Below, one piece after another: positions 51,681-61,681 of a stretch of DNA of 62,737 bases. The notes under the pieces are model-generated. The model made no database searches, was not told where the DNA came from, and was given only the letters and a program-made list of their open reading frames with translations. Both the position numbers and the translations under genes were made by a program. The stretch lies in the IMG/VR virus record IMGVR_UViG_3300037752_000040, positions 1-62,737 of that record; one strand, written 5' to 3'. Position 1 is the stretch's first letter. The number at the start of each line of letters is the position of its first letter. Origin of the DNA: a virus.

Positions 51681-54082
51681 TGGCGCAGAACATGCCGCCC
51701 CCTCCGCCTGGTTTTCAGCTTGAGCAGCCGCGGAGCAATATCCCGCCGCCCCCGCCGGGCTTTGAGATGGCTGCACCGCTTCGTGATCGGCTGTTTGAGA
51801 AACCAGAAGACGAAGCTCTATACAAGTCAGAACTGACGAAAATCCAGGAAGATCGCGCAAAGCCGCGCGCGCCAACGCCTGACGACGAATTTTCACCGGA
51901 AGATCTGGCGAAAAACCGCGTCATGCAGCTTCGTGGCCGTGAGCTGGGAGAACAGCAGTTCGAGGAATCCAGAACGCCGATGAAGCGTGTTCAGGATACC
52001 GCGGCGTTCGTTGCATCGGCTCCTGTACGTGCCCTCACGCGCGGAGAATACGGCATCGGTGATGTGGTTGGAGCAGCCTCGGAAAGCGAAGGACAAGCCT
52101 TAACCGAGGCCGAAGGCAGTTTCGCCCGGGCGAACCGCGGCTGGCTGGAGCCTGTTGCGCAAGTCGGCGAAGCGGCGATCGGCATTCCCTTCTTGAACAC
52201 AATGGGCGCTGTGCCGGGGCAGATGATGCGCACGGCTGGAGCGGCGACAAAGCAGTTCACGCAGCCGGTCACGAACAGGTTGTTGCGAACCGCTCCCGCA
52301 CCGACGCAGGTGGCCACGCCAGCACAAGCCTATGGACCCGTACAGCGCATCATGGACCGTCAGGCGTTCGTTGACGAGGGTATTCCCGAATTCGCCCCGG
52401 CGTTCGGATCGAAGGGCCTCGCCCGCACCGGCCGGACAATCGAGGAAGTTCCGCTTGTCGGGGGAACGGTCAAGGTGCCGAAAACCGCCGTTGAGCAGGC
52501 TATGCTCGAAAGGCAGCGCAATATCGCCTCACAGGCGGGCGCTGCGGCCAGTCAGGAAGAAGTCGGACGGATATCGCAGGGCGGGCTTTCGCGCTTCCGT
52601 GGGGCAAATCTGGAGGATCTGGAGCGGTCCCGCGTGCAGGGCTTGGGATTGACGCCAGATCGGCCACCAATGGCACGCGGCGGCAATGTGTCTATTGACC
52701 GGCCCAGCCAGCTCAATACGGCACAGATGACCGACGATCAGTTGAAGGCGGCTGCTTCGTCGCGTGTCGATCTTCCTGGCTCCAAGCGTTCACGGGTTGA
52801 GGATTTGACGCCGCAGGAGGTCCAGAGGATCGTATCGCTTCCAGCGCGGGAGACCAGCTTCGCAACGAAGGCGTCAGCGCTGTACAAGCAGGCCGAAGAC
52901 GCGGTTCCGGCACTGATGAAGTCGAATGCGGCAGTCAATCCCGGATTGATTGCGACAAGAAATGCTGGCCGCGTTGCGCAAGGGCTGCTCTCTCAGGAAA
53001 AATCGGCGCGCGTCAGTGGGGGCGTTCTGCAGGGGCGTTTTGGCAATCTCGTTCAGGATTTGAAGAATTCGAAGAGCAATTTCACTCTCGACCATTTGCG
53101 AGCCGCCAGAACAGAAATAGGAAGGGCGCTGGACAGCTTCGGCCAGTTCGAGACCGGTTTGGACCGCAAGCAACTGAAGGCCCTTTACGGTTCGATATCG
53201 GATGACTATCAGTCCGGCCTTGTCGCACTTGCCGCCAGAGCCAGAACGGTTGCGCGCGCTGATCCTGGCAACAAGAGTGCGCTGGCAACGGCCAATGCGG
53301 CCGACAAGGCCCTGCATCGCTATCGTGTAGCAGATCGCTATTATCGCAACGGCGTGGAGCGCATGGATCGCTTCATGAACGTTCTCGGTGCTGACACGCT
53401 GGAACAGGCATCAAAGCGCATTGCGTCCTATCTCAAGGAGAACACGCAGAACATCCGATCACTGGAAAGCATGGCGTCGTCACTGCGGCCAGAGGAATGG
53501 CGCGCGGTACTCGGCAATGTCGTTGAACAGATCGGGAGACTGACGCCCGGCGCGCGTGAGGCGGAACGCATCTTCTCGTTCGAACGCTACGCTACGGACT
53601 GGGCGAAGATCAGTCAGAACCCGCGTGTCATAGCGCTGTTCCGTCGCTCGCTGGGCGATGAGACCGTCCGGTCGCTTGAGAACATGGGCCGCATCGCCGA
53701 ACGGATGAAATATTACGAATCCACGAAGAACTATAGCGGATCGGCTTACACGGCAGGGGCGGGGGCTGGTATGGCAGCGCTTCTCACGCCGGGCGCTTGG
53801 CCGTTGCTGATTGCCGGTATCGCAGGCCCCGGCGTTGTCGGTAAGGTCATCACCAGCAAGGCGTTCGCCTCATGGGTCAATTCGCTCAACCGCGCTCAGG
53901 TGCAGGTAGGCTCTTCCGTGGTGGCGACAAGGCAGGCGGCTCGTCCGCATATCCAGCGGCTGATTTCATTGGCGAAGAGAGAGCCTGATCCAGAAATCGC
54001 CGGAGCCATGTCGGCCCTTGCTCTTGCCCTTGATCAGCAGCTAGAGGCAGCCAGTCGTCAACAAGCCAGCCCAGTACAATGA
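51680..54082 (+). CDS. large internal virion / ejection-type protein
   Basis: The ATG at 51680 overlaps the upstream TAA (TAATG). 800 aa. Confidence 0.45.
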   Translation: MAQNMPPPPPGFQLEQPRSNIPPPPPGFEMAAPLRDRLFEKPEDEALYKSELTKIQEDRAKPRAPTPDDEFSPEDLAKNRVMQLRGRELGEQQFEESRTPMKRVQDTAAFVASAPVRALTRGEYGIGDVVGAASESEGQALTEAEGSFARANRGWLEPVAQVGEAAIGIPFLNTMGAVPGQMMRTAGAATKQFTQPVTNRLLRTAPAPTQVATPAQAYGPVQRIMDRQAFVDEGIPEFAPAFGSKGLARTGRTIEEVPLVGGTVKVPKTAVEQAMLERQRNIASQAGAAASQEEVGRISQGGLSRFRGANLEDLERSRVQGLGLTPDRPPMARGGNVSIDRPSQLNTAQMTDDQLKAAASSRVDLPGSKRSRVEDLTPQEVQRIVSLPARETSFATKASALYKQAEDAVPALMKSNAAVNPGLIATRNAGRVAQGLLSQEKSARVSGGVLQGRFGNLVQDLKNSKSNFTLDHLRAARTEIGRALDSFGQFETGLDRKQLKALYGSISDDYQSGLVALAARARTVARADPGNKSALATANAADKALHRYRVADRYYRNGVERMDRFMNVLGADTLEQASKRIASYLKENTQNIRSLESMASSLRPEEWRAVLGNVVEQIGRLTPGAREAERIFSFERYATDWAKISQNPRVIALFRRSLGDETVRSLENMGRIAERMKYYESTKNYSGSAYTAGAGAGMAALLTPGAWPLLIAGIAGPGVVGKVITSKAFASWVNSLNRAQVQVGSSVVATRQAARPHIQRLISLAKREPDPEIAGAMSALALALDQQLEAASRQQASPVQ

Positions 54083-54338
54083 CCGCCCCGAAGCACCATG
54101 AAGCCTCAAGAATGAACGTCATGATGTGGTACGGGATTTCGTGAACGGCATACCAGACCGGGGCAAGGACATAGGCGATCGGGATCGAAACCAGCGCCCC
54201 GAACACGCTCATTGCGTAGATGCGTAGGAGCGTGATTGCCAAGCTCACGTTAGCCACGTCTCGATTGCAACCGATAGCGCCCAAAGGTTGCCAAGAAGAC
54301 AGCCTGCGATAATCACGTCCGGCATGCGACTGACCCAC
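53886..54338 (-). CDS. small two-TM membrane protein on the opposite strand (true extent uncertain)
   Basis: It fills the 331-nt gap 54083-54413. Hydrophobic helices SVFGALVSIPIAYVLAPVWY and IMTFILEASWCFGAVIVLGWLV. There is no stop until 53886, so the 3' end is antisense to the 800-aa gene. Confidence 0.35.
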   Translation of the reverse strand: MGQSHAGRDYRRLSSWQPLGAIGCNRDVANVSLAITLLRIYAMSVFGALVSIPIAYVLAPVWYAVHEIPYHIMTFILEASWCFGAVIVLGWLVDDWLPLAADQGQEQGPTWLRRFLDQALSSPMKSAAGYADEPPALSPPRKSLPAPERG

Positions 54339-54413
54339 GTTTTCTCGGGCGGTCTCTCTATTCCGTAACAGCCCGGCCCAATCTCAACCAGATCAATAAG
54401 GTTTTTCTGAAAC

Positions 54414-56135
54414 ATGGACCCTCGCGAACAGCTTTTGCAGAACCTAATGCAGCAGCTCGAAAGCTACGAGCTACCAGAGCGCTATGATCAGGCCCAAAAA
54501 GACCAGATCATGAAAGGGCGGAAAGGCCAAGCCGAAATTGACGAAGGCCGTCGCGCCATTTCCGAGAATGAACGAGCATATCAGGACGCGATTACGGCGC
54601 GCAAGAGCCTTTCTGATCAGGTGCAGTCGGTTCAGAATGAACTCAGCACTGCTCAGGAAACGCAGCAGGCCAACAGCCCATATGAGCAGACCCGTCAAGC
54701 ATTGCTGTTCGGAGCGCCCCTAGCCGCAGGCGTTCCGTTTGGCATCTGGAAAGGGACGGCATCGACAGCAAGCGCCAAGAATGTTCTGGGTGAACGTGCA
54801 AATAAGCTTACTGAACTTGCTAAGGACGTTCGCTCTGGTGATGTTCCGCGAGGCGACGCTAACCGCACCGCGCGAAGCATGGGTCTTCTCAAGACACGCC
54901 CCGGCTCCGGTCCTCTTGTGGCTGGCGGTGCGCTTATGGCAACTGGAGCGCTGCATAGGGCTGGCGCTCCCTATCTTGCAGAAAGTGAGATGGGGCAGGA
55001 TGTCAATAGGGCATTCGGGGGGTTCGAGGCCGGCATTGGAACGGGACTGGTCGGTCAGCAGCTTGTCGGCGGCAGGAACGTCCCACCGTATGCCAGCGCA
55101 TCAGACGTTGCGACAATCACCGGCAAGGGGCCGGAAGGAGAGACAAACCGCCTCTTGAGGGGGCAGCCGCAGGCCGCGCCAGCGCTTCCCCCACAGCAGC
55201 CGGCACCGGCGGCGGCGCAACCACAACCTGGCCCAGCCATGCGCCATAGCGACCGGCTCAAGCAGACGGTGACTGCCGCAGGGGCCAAGCCAGGGAAGAA
55301 CAAGACCGCTAATGTCGATGCCATCAAGAGAAACCTCTCGGCGGATAATATGCCCGATGTGGCGGAGTCGCTCAATCTGCCACGCACAGCAAATCGCTCG
55401 ACAATCCTGCAAAGATTGCGGGAGATTTCAAAAGTCGGCGGCCGATATGTCTGGCCGGTGACTGCGGGGCTTGTTGCCTATGATGCTGTTACGGGCGACG
55501 CTGAGGCCAGCAATCAGCCCGAGGTTGAGGCCGGAACGGGCAACGTCTCGGGCGGCGGCGTTACGAACGCTGATCGCATGCGGGGTGCCGTAACAGGGAC
55601 AGCAGCCGGGGCCGCGACATACGGCGGAAACCGTCTGCTTCAGGCTATCCCCCAATCCGTAAAGACTGCCTTCTCCGCTGGAGCGCCCATGCTCGCCCCT
55701 CAAATGGGCGCAGACATGACCGACTACACGCCGGAGGAAACCGCACAGCTTCGCAACTGGACGGCGCGCAATCTCCCGGCAGTATCGCAATTCGTCGGCG
55801 GGTATCCCGAGGAAGCCTACGACATGGCGCAAGTCCCGGAGAAGAACCCGGCGCGCGTCTATGAAAACGCATATCGGCCCGGCGGCCAGCCCGGAACGCA
55901 CACCATGCCGGACGGCAGCCCAATGGCCGATAGCGCGATGCAAGGCCAAGCCGGACAGCAGCAGCAACAGCAGCCGCAAGATTTCGAAGCGCAAATGGCT
56001 GAGCTTCAGCAGCTCCTGATGGAAGTCGAACGCCAGAGCGCCCCACAACGCCGCCCCATGCCGCAAATGCCAGCCGCGCCTGCGATGGCACCGGATCAAC
56101 AGAACCGGCTCCTGCAAGGGGCTACGGGCTACTGA
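54414..56135 (+). CDS. internal virion / ejection-type protein (Q/P-rich C-terminus)
   Basis: 573-aa ORF. Confidence 0.45.
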   Translation: MDPREQLLQNLMQQLESYELPERYDQAQKDQIMKGRKGQAEIDEGRRAISENERAYQDAITARKSLSDQVQSVQNELSTAQETQQANSPYEQTRQALLFGAPLAAGVPFGIWKGTASTASAKNVLGERANKLTELAKDVRSGDVPRGDANRTARSMGLLKTRPGSGPLVAGGALMATGALHRAGAPYLAESEMGQDVNRAFGGFEAGIGTGLVGQQLVGGRNVPPYASASDVATITGKGPEGETNRLLRGQPQAAPALPPQQPAPAAAQPQPGPAMRHSDRLKQTVTAAGAKPGKNKTANVDAIKRNLSADNMPDVAESLNLPRTANRSTILQRLREISKVGGRYVWPVTAGLVAYDAVTGDAEASNQPEVEAGTGNVSGGGVTNADRMRGAVTGTAAGAATYGGNRLLQAIPQSVKTAFSAGAPMLAPQMGADMTDYTPEETAQLRNWTARNLPAVSQFVGGYPEEAYDMAQVPEKNPARVYENAYRPGGQPGTHTMPDGSPMADSAMQGQAGQQQQQQPQDFEAQMAELQQLLMEVERQSAPQRRPMPQMPAAPAMAPDQQNRLLQGATGY

Positions 56136-56164
56136 CGACATATCCCAGATAAGGTAAAAGCTAA

Positions 56165-57826
56165 ATGCCTGATTCAGTCGCTATCCTGCCGCCTGGCTGG
56201 CGTGCTCTTGACGCTAACGGCGATCCCTTCACGGATGCCGTTTTGTCGTTTTTCGACGCCGGCACGTCGGACACCCTTGAAGTCTTTTCGGATTCTGGAT
56301 TATCCACGTCCCTCGGGGTAACGGTAGACTGCAACGCAGGCGGCGAGCCGGTCACGAGCGGCAATGTCCCGACGTTGATTTACACCGGGACAGACCCGTA
56401 CAAGATTACGATTTCGTCGACCATCGGCGGCTTTACGCGAACCTTCGATAACGTCAAGGGCGCGCTCGATACATCAGCGTTTCTGACATCTGCCGCCGTT
56501 GCCGACCAGTCCGTCGTCAATATCTCCGCTAACCGTTCCATCTTAGCCGCAGACAAGGGCAAGCTGATCAACGTGAACTGCTCCGGCGGCGCGTTGACGA
56601 TGACGCTCGCAGACGCCGCGACGCTCGGCGACGGGTTTTTCGTCGGCATCCGGCATGCTGGCACGGCAAATCAGGTCAAGATCACCGGAGACGGCACAGA
56701 CACATTCGCCATTCCCGGAGCCAGCCCGATAGGGTTCTCGCTTACCGGCCTCGGCCATACCGTCTGGTTAGCCTGCGACGCCACGAACTTCAAGATCCAT
56801 TCCGAGTGCCCGCCGCTGATCGGTGGCACGATCGGCGTTATCGTCATTGCGGACCGGCTGTCAACGCCGCCAGGATCGCCAACGCCCGGCGCGCGGTATA
56901 TCGTTGGGTCGTCCCCAACGGGCGACTGGTCTGGTTTTGCTCAGCACGACATTGCCGAGGCGGACGGGTTCGGCACATGGTTCAATTACACCCCCGCAAC
57001 AGATAGCGGTTGGATCGCCTACGTACAGGATGAAGATCTGAGTTATCAGTTCAACGGGTCGTCATGGCGTCCGATGGTTGCCTCCATCGGGGCCGCAAAC
57101 GGACTGGTTATCGTCAACAACTCCGGCACCCCGACGACCTCGATTGATGTTGACGCAACCGAAGCAGTCCTGACGGATTCACAGGGGATCGGCATCAGGG
57201 TCAGTTCAATCGACCTCACGGTTGCTTGTGCGGGAACTGGTGCAAACGGCCTCGACGCTGGATCGCTTGCGAATAATACATGGTATCATTTTTATATCAT
57301 CAGCGACGGCGCAACGACGGCCGGACTCGCGAGTACATCGGCAACGTTGGCGACGTTGCCGAGCGGGTATACTTATAAATACCGGGTCGGGGCGATCAGG
57401 ACTGGCGGCAGCGCGACGTTCACTCGGATCAGACAGGTCGGCAACCGGGCGCAGTACGTGGTTGTAACAAGTTCTACGACGCCAAACGCGCCGATCATGG
57501 ACACAGGTATAGCCGGAAGCACCACCGTCCCCACATGGGAAGCGGTGGCGACGGGCGCATATGTTCCGCCGACCGCCACATGCATCACAGGGTTCGTCTC
57601 GTCTACAACAGGAGACGATGATTTTATCGTTGCTCCAAATAATAGTTACGGGGCGATAGCCTCTGCAACCAATCCGTCGCCCGTGCAAAATCAAGGAGTA
57701 GCTGGATATAACATAACCATTCCGTTCGATTTTGTCCTGGAGAGTTCCGATATCTATTGGGCGGCCAATACAGCAGACGTGCTTATCGCATGCACAGGCT
57801 GGGTCGATGCAGTGAATGCGAATTAG
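56165..57826 (+). CDS. tail fibre / tailspike
   Basis: 553 aa. The N-terminus ILPPGWRALDANGDPFTDAVLSFFDAGTSDTLEVFSD resembles the conserved podovirus tail-fibre N-terminal domain. Confidence 0.6.
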   Translation: MPDSVAILPPGWRALDANGDPFTDAVLSFFDAGTSDTLEVFSDSGLSTSLGVTVDCNAGGEPVTSGNVPTLIYTGTDPYKITISSTIGGFTRTFDNVKGALDTSAFLTSAAVADQSVVNISANRSILAADKGKLINVNCSGGALTMTLADAATLGDGFFVGIRHAGTANQVKITGDGTDTFAIPGASPIGFSLTGLGHTVWLACDATNFKIHSECPPLIGGTIGVIVIADRLSTPPGSPTPGARYIVGSSPTGDWSGFAQHDIAEADGFGTWFNYTPATDSGWIAYVQDEDLSYQFNGSSWRPMVASIGAANGLVIVNNSGTPTTSIDVDATEAVLTDSQGIGIRVSSIDLTVACAGTGANGLDAGSLANNTWYHFYIISDGATTAGLASTSATLATLPSGYTYKYRVGAIRTGGSATFTRIRQVGNRAQYVVVTSSTTPNAPIMDTGIAGSTTVPTWEAVATGAYVPPTATCITGFVSSTTGDDDFIVAPNNSYGAIASATNPSPVQNQGVAGYNITIPFDFVLESSDIYWAANTADVLIACTGWVDAVNAN

Positions 57827-58518
57827 GCGGTTACAGCATAAGCCAGTCTTCTGGCTGAATCCTTGAACTGCGTCAGCTTTCCGCCCTTCCAGAGTTCATG
57901 ACGGGGCTGGATCGCATTGATGGATGATGCATGCAATACGTTGTGAATTACCGGCTCTGGCCAGACGCCAAGCGTTCTGACCTTGTGCTCCCAAACTCTG
58001 GCCAGGTCAAAATCAATGGGAGCTGTGCGCTGCGTCTTCCATTCGATGAACCGCCGCGCACCCGCAGGCGTGATCAGGTAAGATCCCGTATTCATGGGGA
58101 TGCGCAGATAGCGGACGACTTTATAGCCTCCTGACAAATCCGCCTGAGTGAGAATAATGCGTTTCTTGCGGATCGAGCTTATCCGCAAAATATCGAAAGG
58201 CAGGTCGAGACTGAGGATTTCTTCCAGCAGATCGGGGAATTCCGGCTTGAGCCGCTCGTCATCTTCAAAGACAAGCCCCGGCTTGCCGCTCAATTCAACC
58301 TGCCTCATGACGCTGAGGTGGCTTGCGTAGCAGCCTATTTCTCCCCGGCTTAGGTCCGAGCCGGTAAAATATGGCGCGAGCCAATCAGGCAGATCTTTGC
58401 CACGTATTGCTGAGAACCGCTCATACGCAATTCCCAGATCCTTGAACTGACTATCCATGAATTCGAGACGGTCTTTGTCAGCATCAAGATTAATTAAATA
58501 GACCGGAATGTTTTTCAT
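57823..58518 (-). CDS. glycosyltransferase family 25-like (LPS/LOS modification), moron
   Basis: ATG at 58518 (MKNIPVYLINLDADKDRLEFMDSQF...) and GEIGCYASHLSVM match GT25 blocks. AT-rich, opposite strand, between the two fibre genes. Confidence 0.65.
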   Translation of the reverse strand: MKNIPVYLINLDADKDRLEFMDSQFKDLGIAYERFSAIRGKDLPDWLAPYFTGSDLSRGEIGCYASHLSVMRQVELSGKPGLVFEDDERLKPEFPDLLEEILSLDLPFDILRISSIRKKRIILTQADLSGGYKVVRYLRIPMNTGSYLITPAGARRFIEWKTQRTAPIDFDLARVWEHKVRTLGVWPEPVIHNVLHASSINAIQPRHELWKGGKLTQFKDSARRLAYAVTA

Positions 58519-58588
58519 CTGAAATCCCCTCAATATACCCAGAAACAACCTTACAAACCTCTCCCCATGAAAGCAAGCATCAGATAAA

Positions 58589-59878
58589 ATGGCCAGTCTT
58601 TACAACCGCGCTTTTGTGACAACGGCGACAACAGGCACTGGGACAATTACGCTCGGCGCTGCTGTTTCGGATGCCTATTTTACATTCGCCGAAGCGGGCG
58701 TGCAAGATGCTGATGTTGTTCCTTATTGCATTCAAGACGGCAACGACTTCGAGGTCGGTACGGGGACTTACACCGCATCCGGGACGACGCTGACCCGCAC
58801 TGTGACCGAATCAAAGATCGGTGGTGTGGCAGGCACTAGCGCGATCAATCTGTCTGGCAATGCGACGGTCTTCATCACGGCACGGGCGGAAGACTTGCTG
58901 ACGCTTAACAGCGATGGCGGCTTAGACCTATCGACCAACGATGGCATTGACATCAATCCAGGCTCTGATGTTGATGCGGATCTGCTGACGGTAGGCGTTA
59001 CCGGAGCGCCGACTTTTTCATGGGATGAAAGCGCCGATGCCTTCCGGTCAAACAAGCCTCTCGTCATATCGGACGACGGAAACGGAGATGTCACGCACAC
59101 AGTTGCGGGTGCGGCGGTTGTCTCGCAAATGGAGTTGCACTCTTCGGGGTCATCTGCGCTTGGCGGGCTGACAATACACCGTCACTCAGACGCCAGCGGA
59201 CTAGGCGGTCACCTGCTCTTCCTCAAGAGCGCGGGCACGCATTCATCACCGACCGTTCCGGCTGATCAGTCCGTCATCATGGGGCTCTATGGCGCACTTT
59301 TTGATGGCACGGATTACGAGCTGGCCGCTGCAATACAGTTCTATGTGGATGGTACTGCCGGGAATAATGATGCGCCCGGCGGCATGCGGTTCTTCACCAA
59401 CGCAGGCTCTCAGTTGCTTGTCGAGTGGCTTGAAGTCGGTGCAGATCAGATTGCCATTTTTGCCAATACGCCGCTGGTCGGGGCAAATGCGGTTCTTGAT
59501 GCTGGTGATATTGGCGTCAGCATTGAAGCTGCCGATGCGGATATCCTGAAAGCCGATACTCCTGACACGCTGACGGCAGGCTTTGCCCATACGCCGGATA
59601 ATGACGGCACGCAGTCATCAGGAACCTACACGCCGGATCAAGATGGCGGCAATATGAAACGCATCGTCAATGGCGGCGCTTTCACGCTTGCGCCTCCGAC
59701 AGACGATTGCTGCATCATCGTTCAGATCACCAATAACGCATCGGCTGGTGCAATCACGACATCCGGCTTTACCGGCGTCTTCGGCGATGCGTTCACGACC
59801 ACCGATGGCGACGACTTTATCTGCACCATCATAAAGATCAATGGGTTCTCGTCTCTCACCGTGCAGGATGTGAGCTGA
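58589..59878 (+). CDS. tail fibre-like protein
   Basis: 429 aa. N-terminus TTATTGTGTITLGAAVSDAYFTFAEAGVQDADVVPYCIQDGNDFEVGTGTY, a fibre-like conserved module. Confidence 0.5.
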   Translation: MASLYNRAFVTTATTGTGTITLGAAVSDAYFTFAEAGVQDADVVPYCIQDGNDFEVGTGTYTASGTTLTRTVTESKIGGVAGTSAINLSGNATVFITARAEDLLTLNSDGGLDLSTNDGIDINPGSDVDADLLTVGVTGAPTFSWDESADAFRSNKPLVISDDGNGDVTHTVAGAAVVSQMELHSSGSSALGGLTIHRHSDASGLGGHLLFLKSAGTHSSPTVPADQSVIMGLYGALFDGTDYELAAAIQFYVDGTAGNNDAPGGMRFFTNAGSQLLVEWLEVGADQIAIFANTPLVGANAVLDAGDIGVSIEAADADILKADTPDTLTAGFAHTPDNDGTQSSGTYTPDQDGGNMKRIVNGGAFTLAPPTDDCCIIVQITNNASAGAITTSGFTGVFGDAFTTTDGDDFICTIIKINGFSSLTVQDVS

Positions 59879-60513
59879 TGTTTGCGGTGTTTCCTGCGCC
59901 CTATGTCGCTGCTGGTGGTGCAGCTGTAACATCCCTAGCATTTCATGATGATGCCTATAGTACAGTGGCCGATATAACGGTTCCCGCAGGAGTACAGGCT
60001 GGGGATCTGATGGTTTTATCGGATTTTGCCATCGATAGTGGTGGCCCAACGCTCGTTACACCTACTGATTTCACGAACTGGATAAATATCAATCTCAATC
60101 AGGGTAGACTTGCTGTTTCGTACAAGATCGCCACAGGAAGTGAAACAACGCTCACCGGAATGGATGGTGATTTGGGCGATGATAAAATCCTGGCTGTTTT
60201 CCGCCCCGACGCCGCCATATCGACCATCACGGCATCGACGCCAACCGGTTTGGCGACCACCGGCAATCCGATATTGCAAAGCATAACGGCAACCGCTGGA
60301 ACCTTACCGCTCATAGCCTTTGGCTTTTATACTTCGTTCAGCGCTATAGATCCGCGGACTTTTTCACCAGCCGCGACTGCTGAACTTAACTCCAGTACTA
60401 TACATTATTTCAAATATCAGCTGCAAAATGCTTCTCTGGCGGATGCATCAATAGATATGGATGATGAAGGCAGCTTCAATGCTCTTGCCGGTGGCTATCT
60501 ATGGGCCGCCTGA
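59878..60513 (+). CDS. hypothetical tail-associated protein
   Basis: 211 aa, ATGA-coupled to the fibre gene. Confidence 0.45.
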   Translation: MFAVFPAPYVAAGGAAVTSLAFHDDAYSTVADITVPAGVQAGDLMVLSDFAIDSGGPTLVTPTDFTNWININLNQGRLAVSYKIATGSETTLTGMDGDLGDDKILAVFRPDAAISTITASTPTGLATTGNPILQSITATAGTLPLIAFGFYTSFSAIDPRTFSPAATAELNSSTIHYFKYQLQNASLADASIDMDDEGSFNALAGGYLWAA

Positions 60514-60538
60514 CGCCCACTCCCGCAATCTCAAATCC

Positions 60539-60564
60539 AGCCCCTGAGAAGGGGCTTTTTCTTT
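60539..60564 (+). terminator. rho-independent terminator after the tail genes
   Basis: AGCCCC (60539-60544), loop TGAGAA, GGGGCT (60551-60556), then TTTTTCTTT. Confidence 0.65.
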
Positions 60565-60594
60565 GTCAGAAAGCCTTTAGCGAAAGGATAGCTT

Positions 60595-61353
60595 ATGCAA
60601 TGGCTGATTGACCTTATCAAAGCGATCTTTGCCGCTATATTCGGCGGGAAGGCGACGACGGTTCCGAAGCCGGAGAAATCGGCAGATGAGCCGGTGTCCG
60701 GCGAGCCGAAGTGGATGAAACTCGCGCGCGCCGAACTTGGTCAAGCGGAGATACCGGGCGCGGCAAACAATCCCCGAATCATCTCCTATTATGCAAAGGC
60801 CGGGTTCGCGGGCATTCGCGATGAGACCGTCCCTTGGTGCGCCGGGTTTGCGAACGCCATGCTTGAAAGCGCGGGCGTCCCCGGATCGAAATCGCTGACA
60901 GCGCGTGAGTTCCTGACGTGGGGCAGCGAAGTGAAGAAACCCTATCCAGGATGCATCGTCGTTCTGTGGCGCAATTCCCCTGAGAGCTGGGAAGGTCACA
61001 CCGGTTTCTACGTCGGTGAAACCTCTACTCACATCAGCATACTCGCTGGGAATCAAGGGAACAAGGTCAGCATAGACCAACACCCGAAATATCAACTGCT
61101 CGGGTATCGGGAACCGTTCAAGCCATCAAAGAGCCGCATCATGAAAGCATCGACGGGGCAAATGGCGCTGCTCGGACTTGACGGTGCCGTGATCCTCGAA
61201 AGCCAGAGCGAGCTAAGCGCCATCGGCCAGCTTATCGGCCAGATGGGCGCAACGATTCCGCAATTCCTCATTGCGTCCTTCATCCTGAAAATCCTGCTGG
61301 TGTGCCTTGTGATTTACGCCAGAACCGATGACGCATCGAAAAAAGGCACATGA
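60595..61353 (+). CDS. endolysin (TIGR02594 / NlpC-P60-CHAP-like peptidase) with hydrophobic N- and C-termini
   Basis: VPWCAGFANAML (Cys) and EGHTGFYVG (His) blocks. N-terminal LIDLIKAIFAAIFGG and C-terminal FLIASFILKILLVCLVIYA hydrophobic segments. Confidence 0.7.
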   Translation: MQWLIDLIKAIFAAIFGGKATTVPKPEKSADEPVSGEPKWMKLARAELGQAEIPGAANNPRIISYYAKAGFAGIRDETVPWCAGFANAMLESAGVPGSKSLTAREFLTWGSEVKKPYPGCIVVLWRNSPESWEGHTGFYVGETSTHISILAGNQGNKVSIDQHPKYQLLGYREPFKPSKSRIMKASTGQMALLGLDGAVILESQSELSAIGQLIGQMGATIPQFLIASFILKILLVCLVIYARTDDASKKGT

Positions 61354-61354
61354 C

Positions 61355-61681
61355 ATGCTGGCGCTTATCGGGAAATTCGTAAGTACTGCGATCGGCTGGG
61401 CGCTGCCGGGCCTCTCCGCCTCCACGCTCTACATAGTCGCTGGCTTGCTAGCCGTGGGTGTTCCAACGGCATGGGCCTATCACAAAGGTTCAGAAGGCAA
61501 ATCCGCCGCCGTGGCGACCGAAAAGGCTCAATGCGAGATAAGGCTTGCCCGGATGGAAACCGCCGCGGAGCGCACCATTGCGGACATTCTGAGCAGCGTT
61601 GACGAAGCAACAGACGCCTCGGTAAATGTCGCTGAGTATTGCGCCAAGCATCCGACGCTTTGCCGAACGGAGGGCGAATGA
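61355..61681 (+). CDS. lysis membrane protein (holin or i-spanin)
   Basis: The ATG at 61355 lies 2 nt after the endolysin stop. Two hydrophobic segments followed by a charged periplasmic-type tail. Confidence 0.5.
   Translation: MLALIGKFVSTAIGWALPGLSASTLYIVAGLLAVGVPTAWAYHKGSEGKSAAVATEKAQCEIRLARMETAAERTIADILSSVDEATDASVNVAEYCAKHPTLCRTEGE

Noticed and set aside
51680-54082. Calling the 800-aa protein a tail tape-measure protein.
   Set aside because: There are no tail tube, sheath or chaperone-frameshift genes. The surrounding set (720-aa portal, gp10-like hub, three large consecutive proteins, fibres) fits a short-tailed virion with ejection proteins.
56165-59878. A diversity-generating retroelement (as in BPP-1-like phages) or a CRISPR array.
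   Set aside because: No reverse-transcriptase-like ORF, no template/variable repeat pair near the fibre 3' ends, and no short regularly spaced repeats were seen anywhere in the window.
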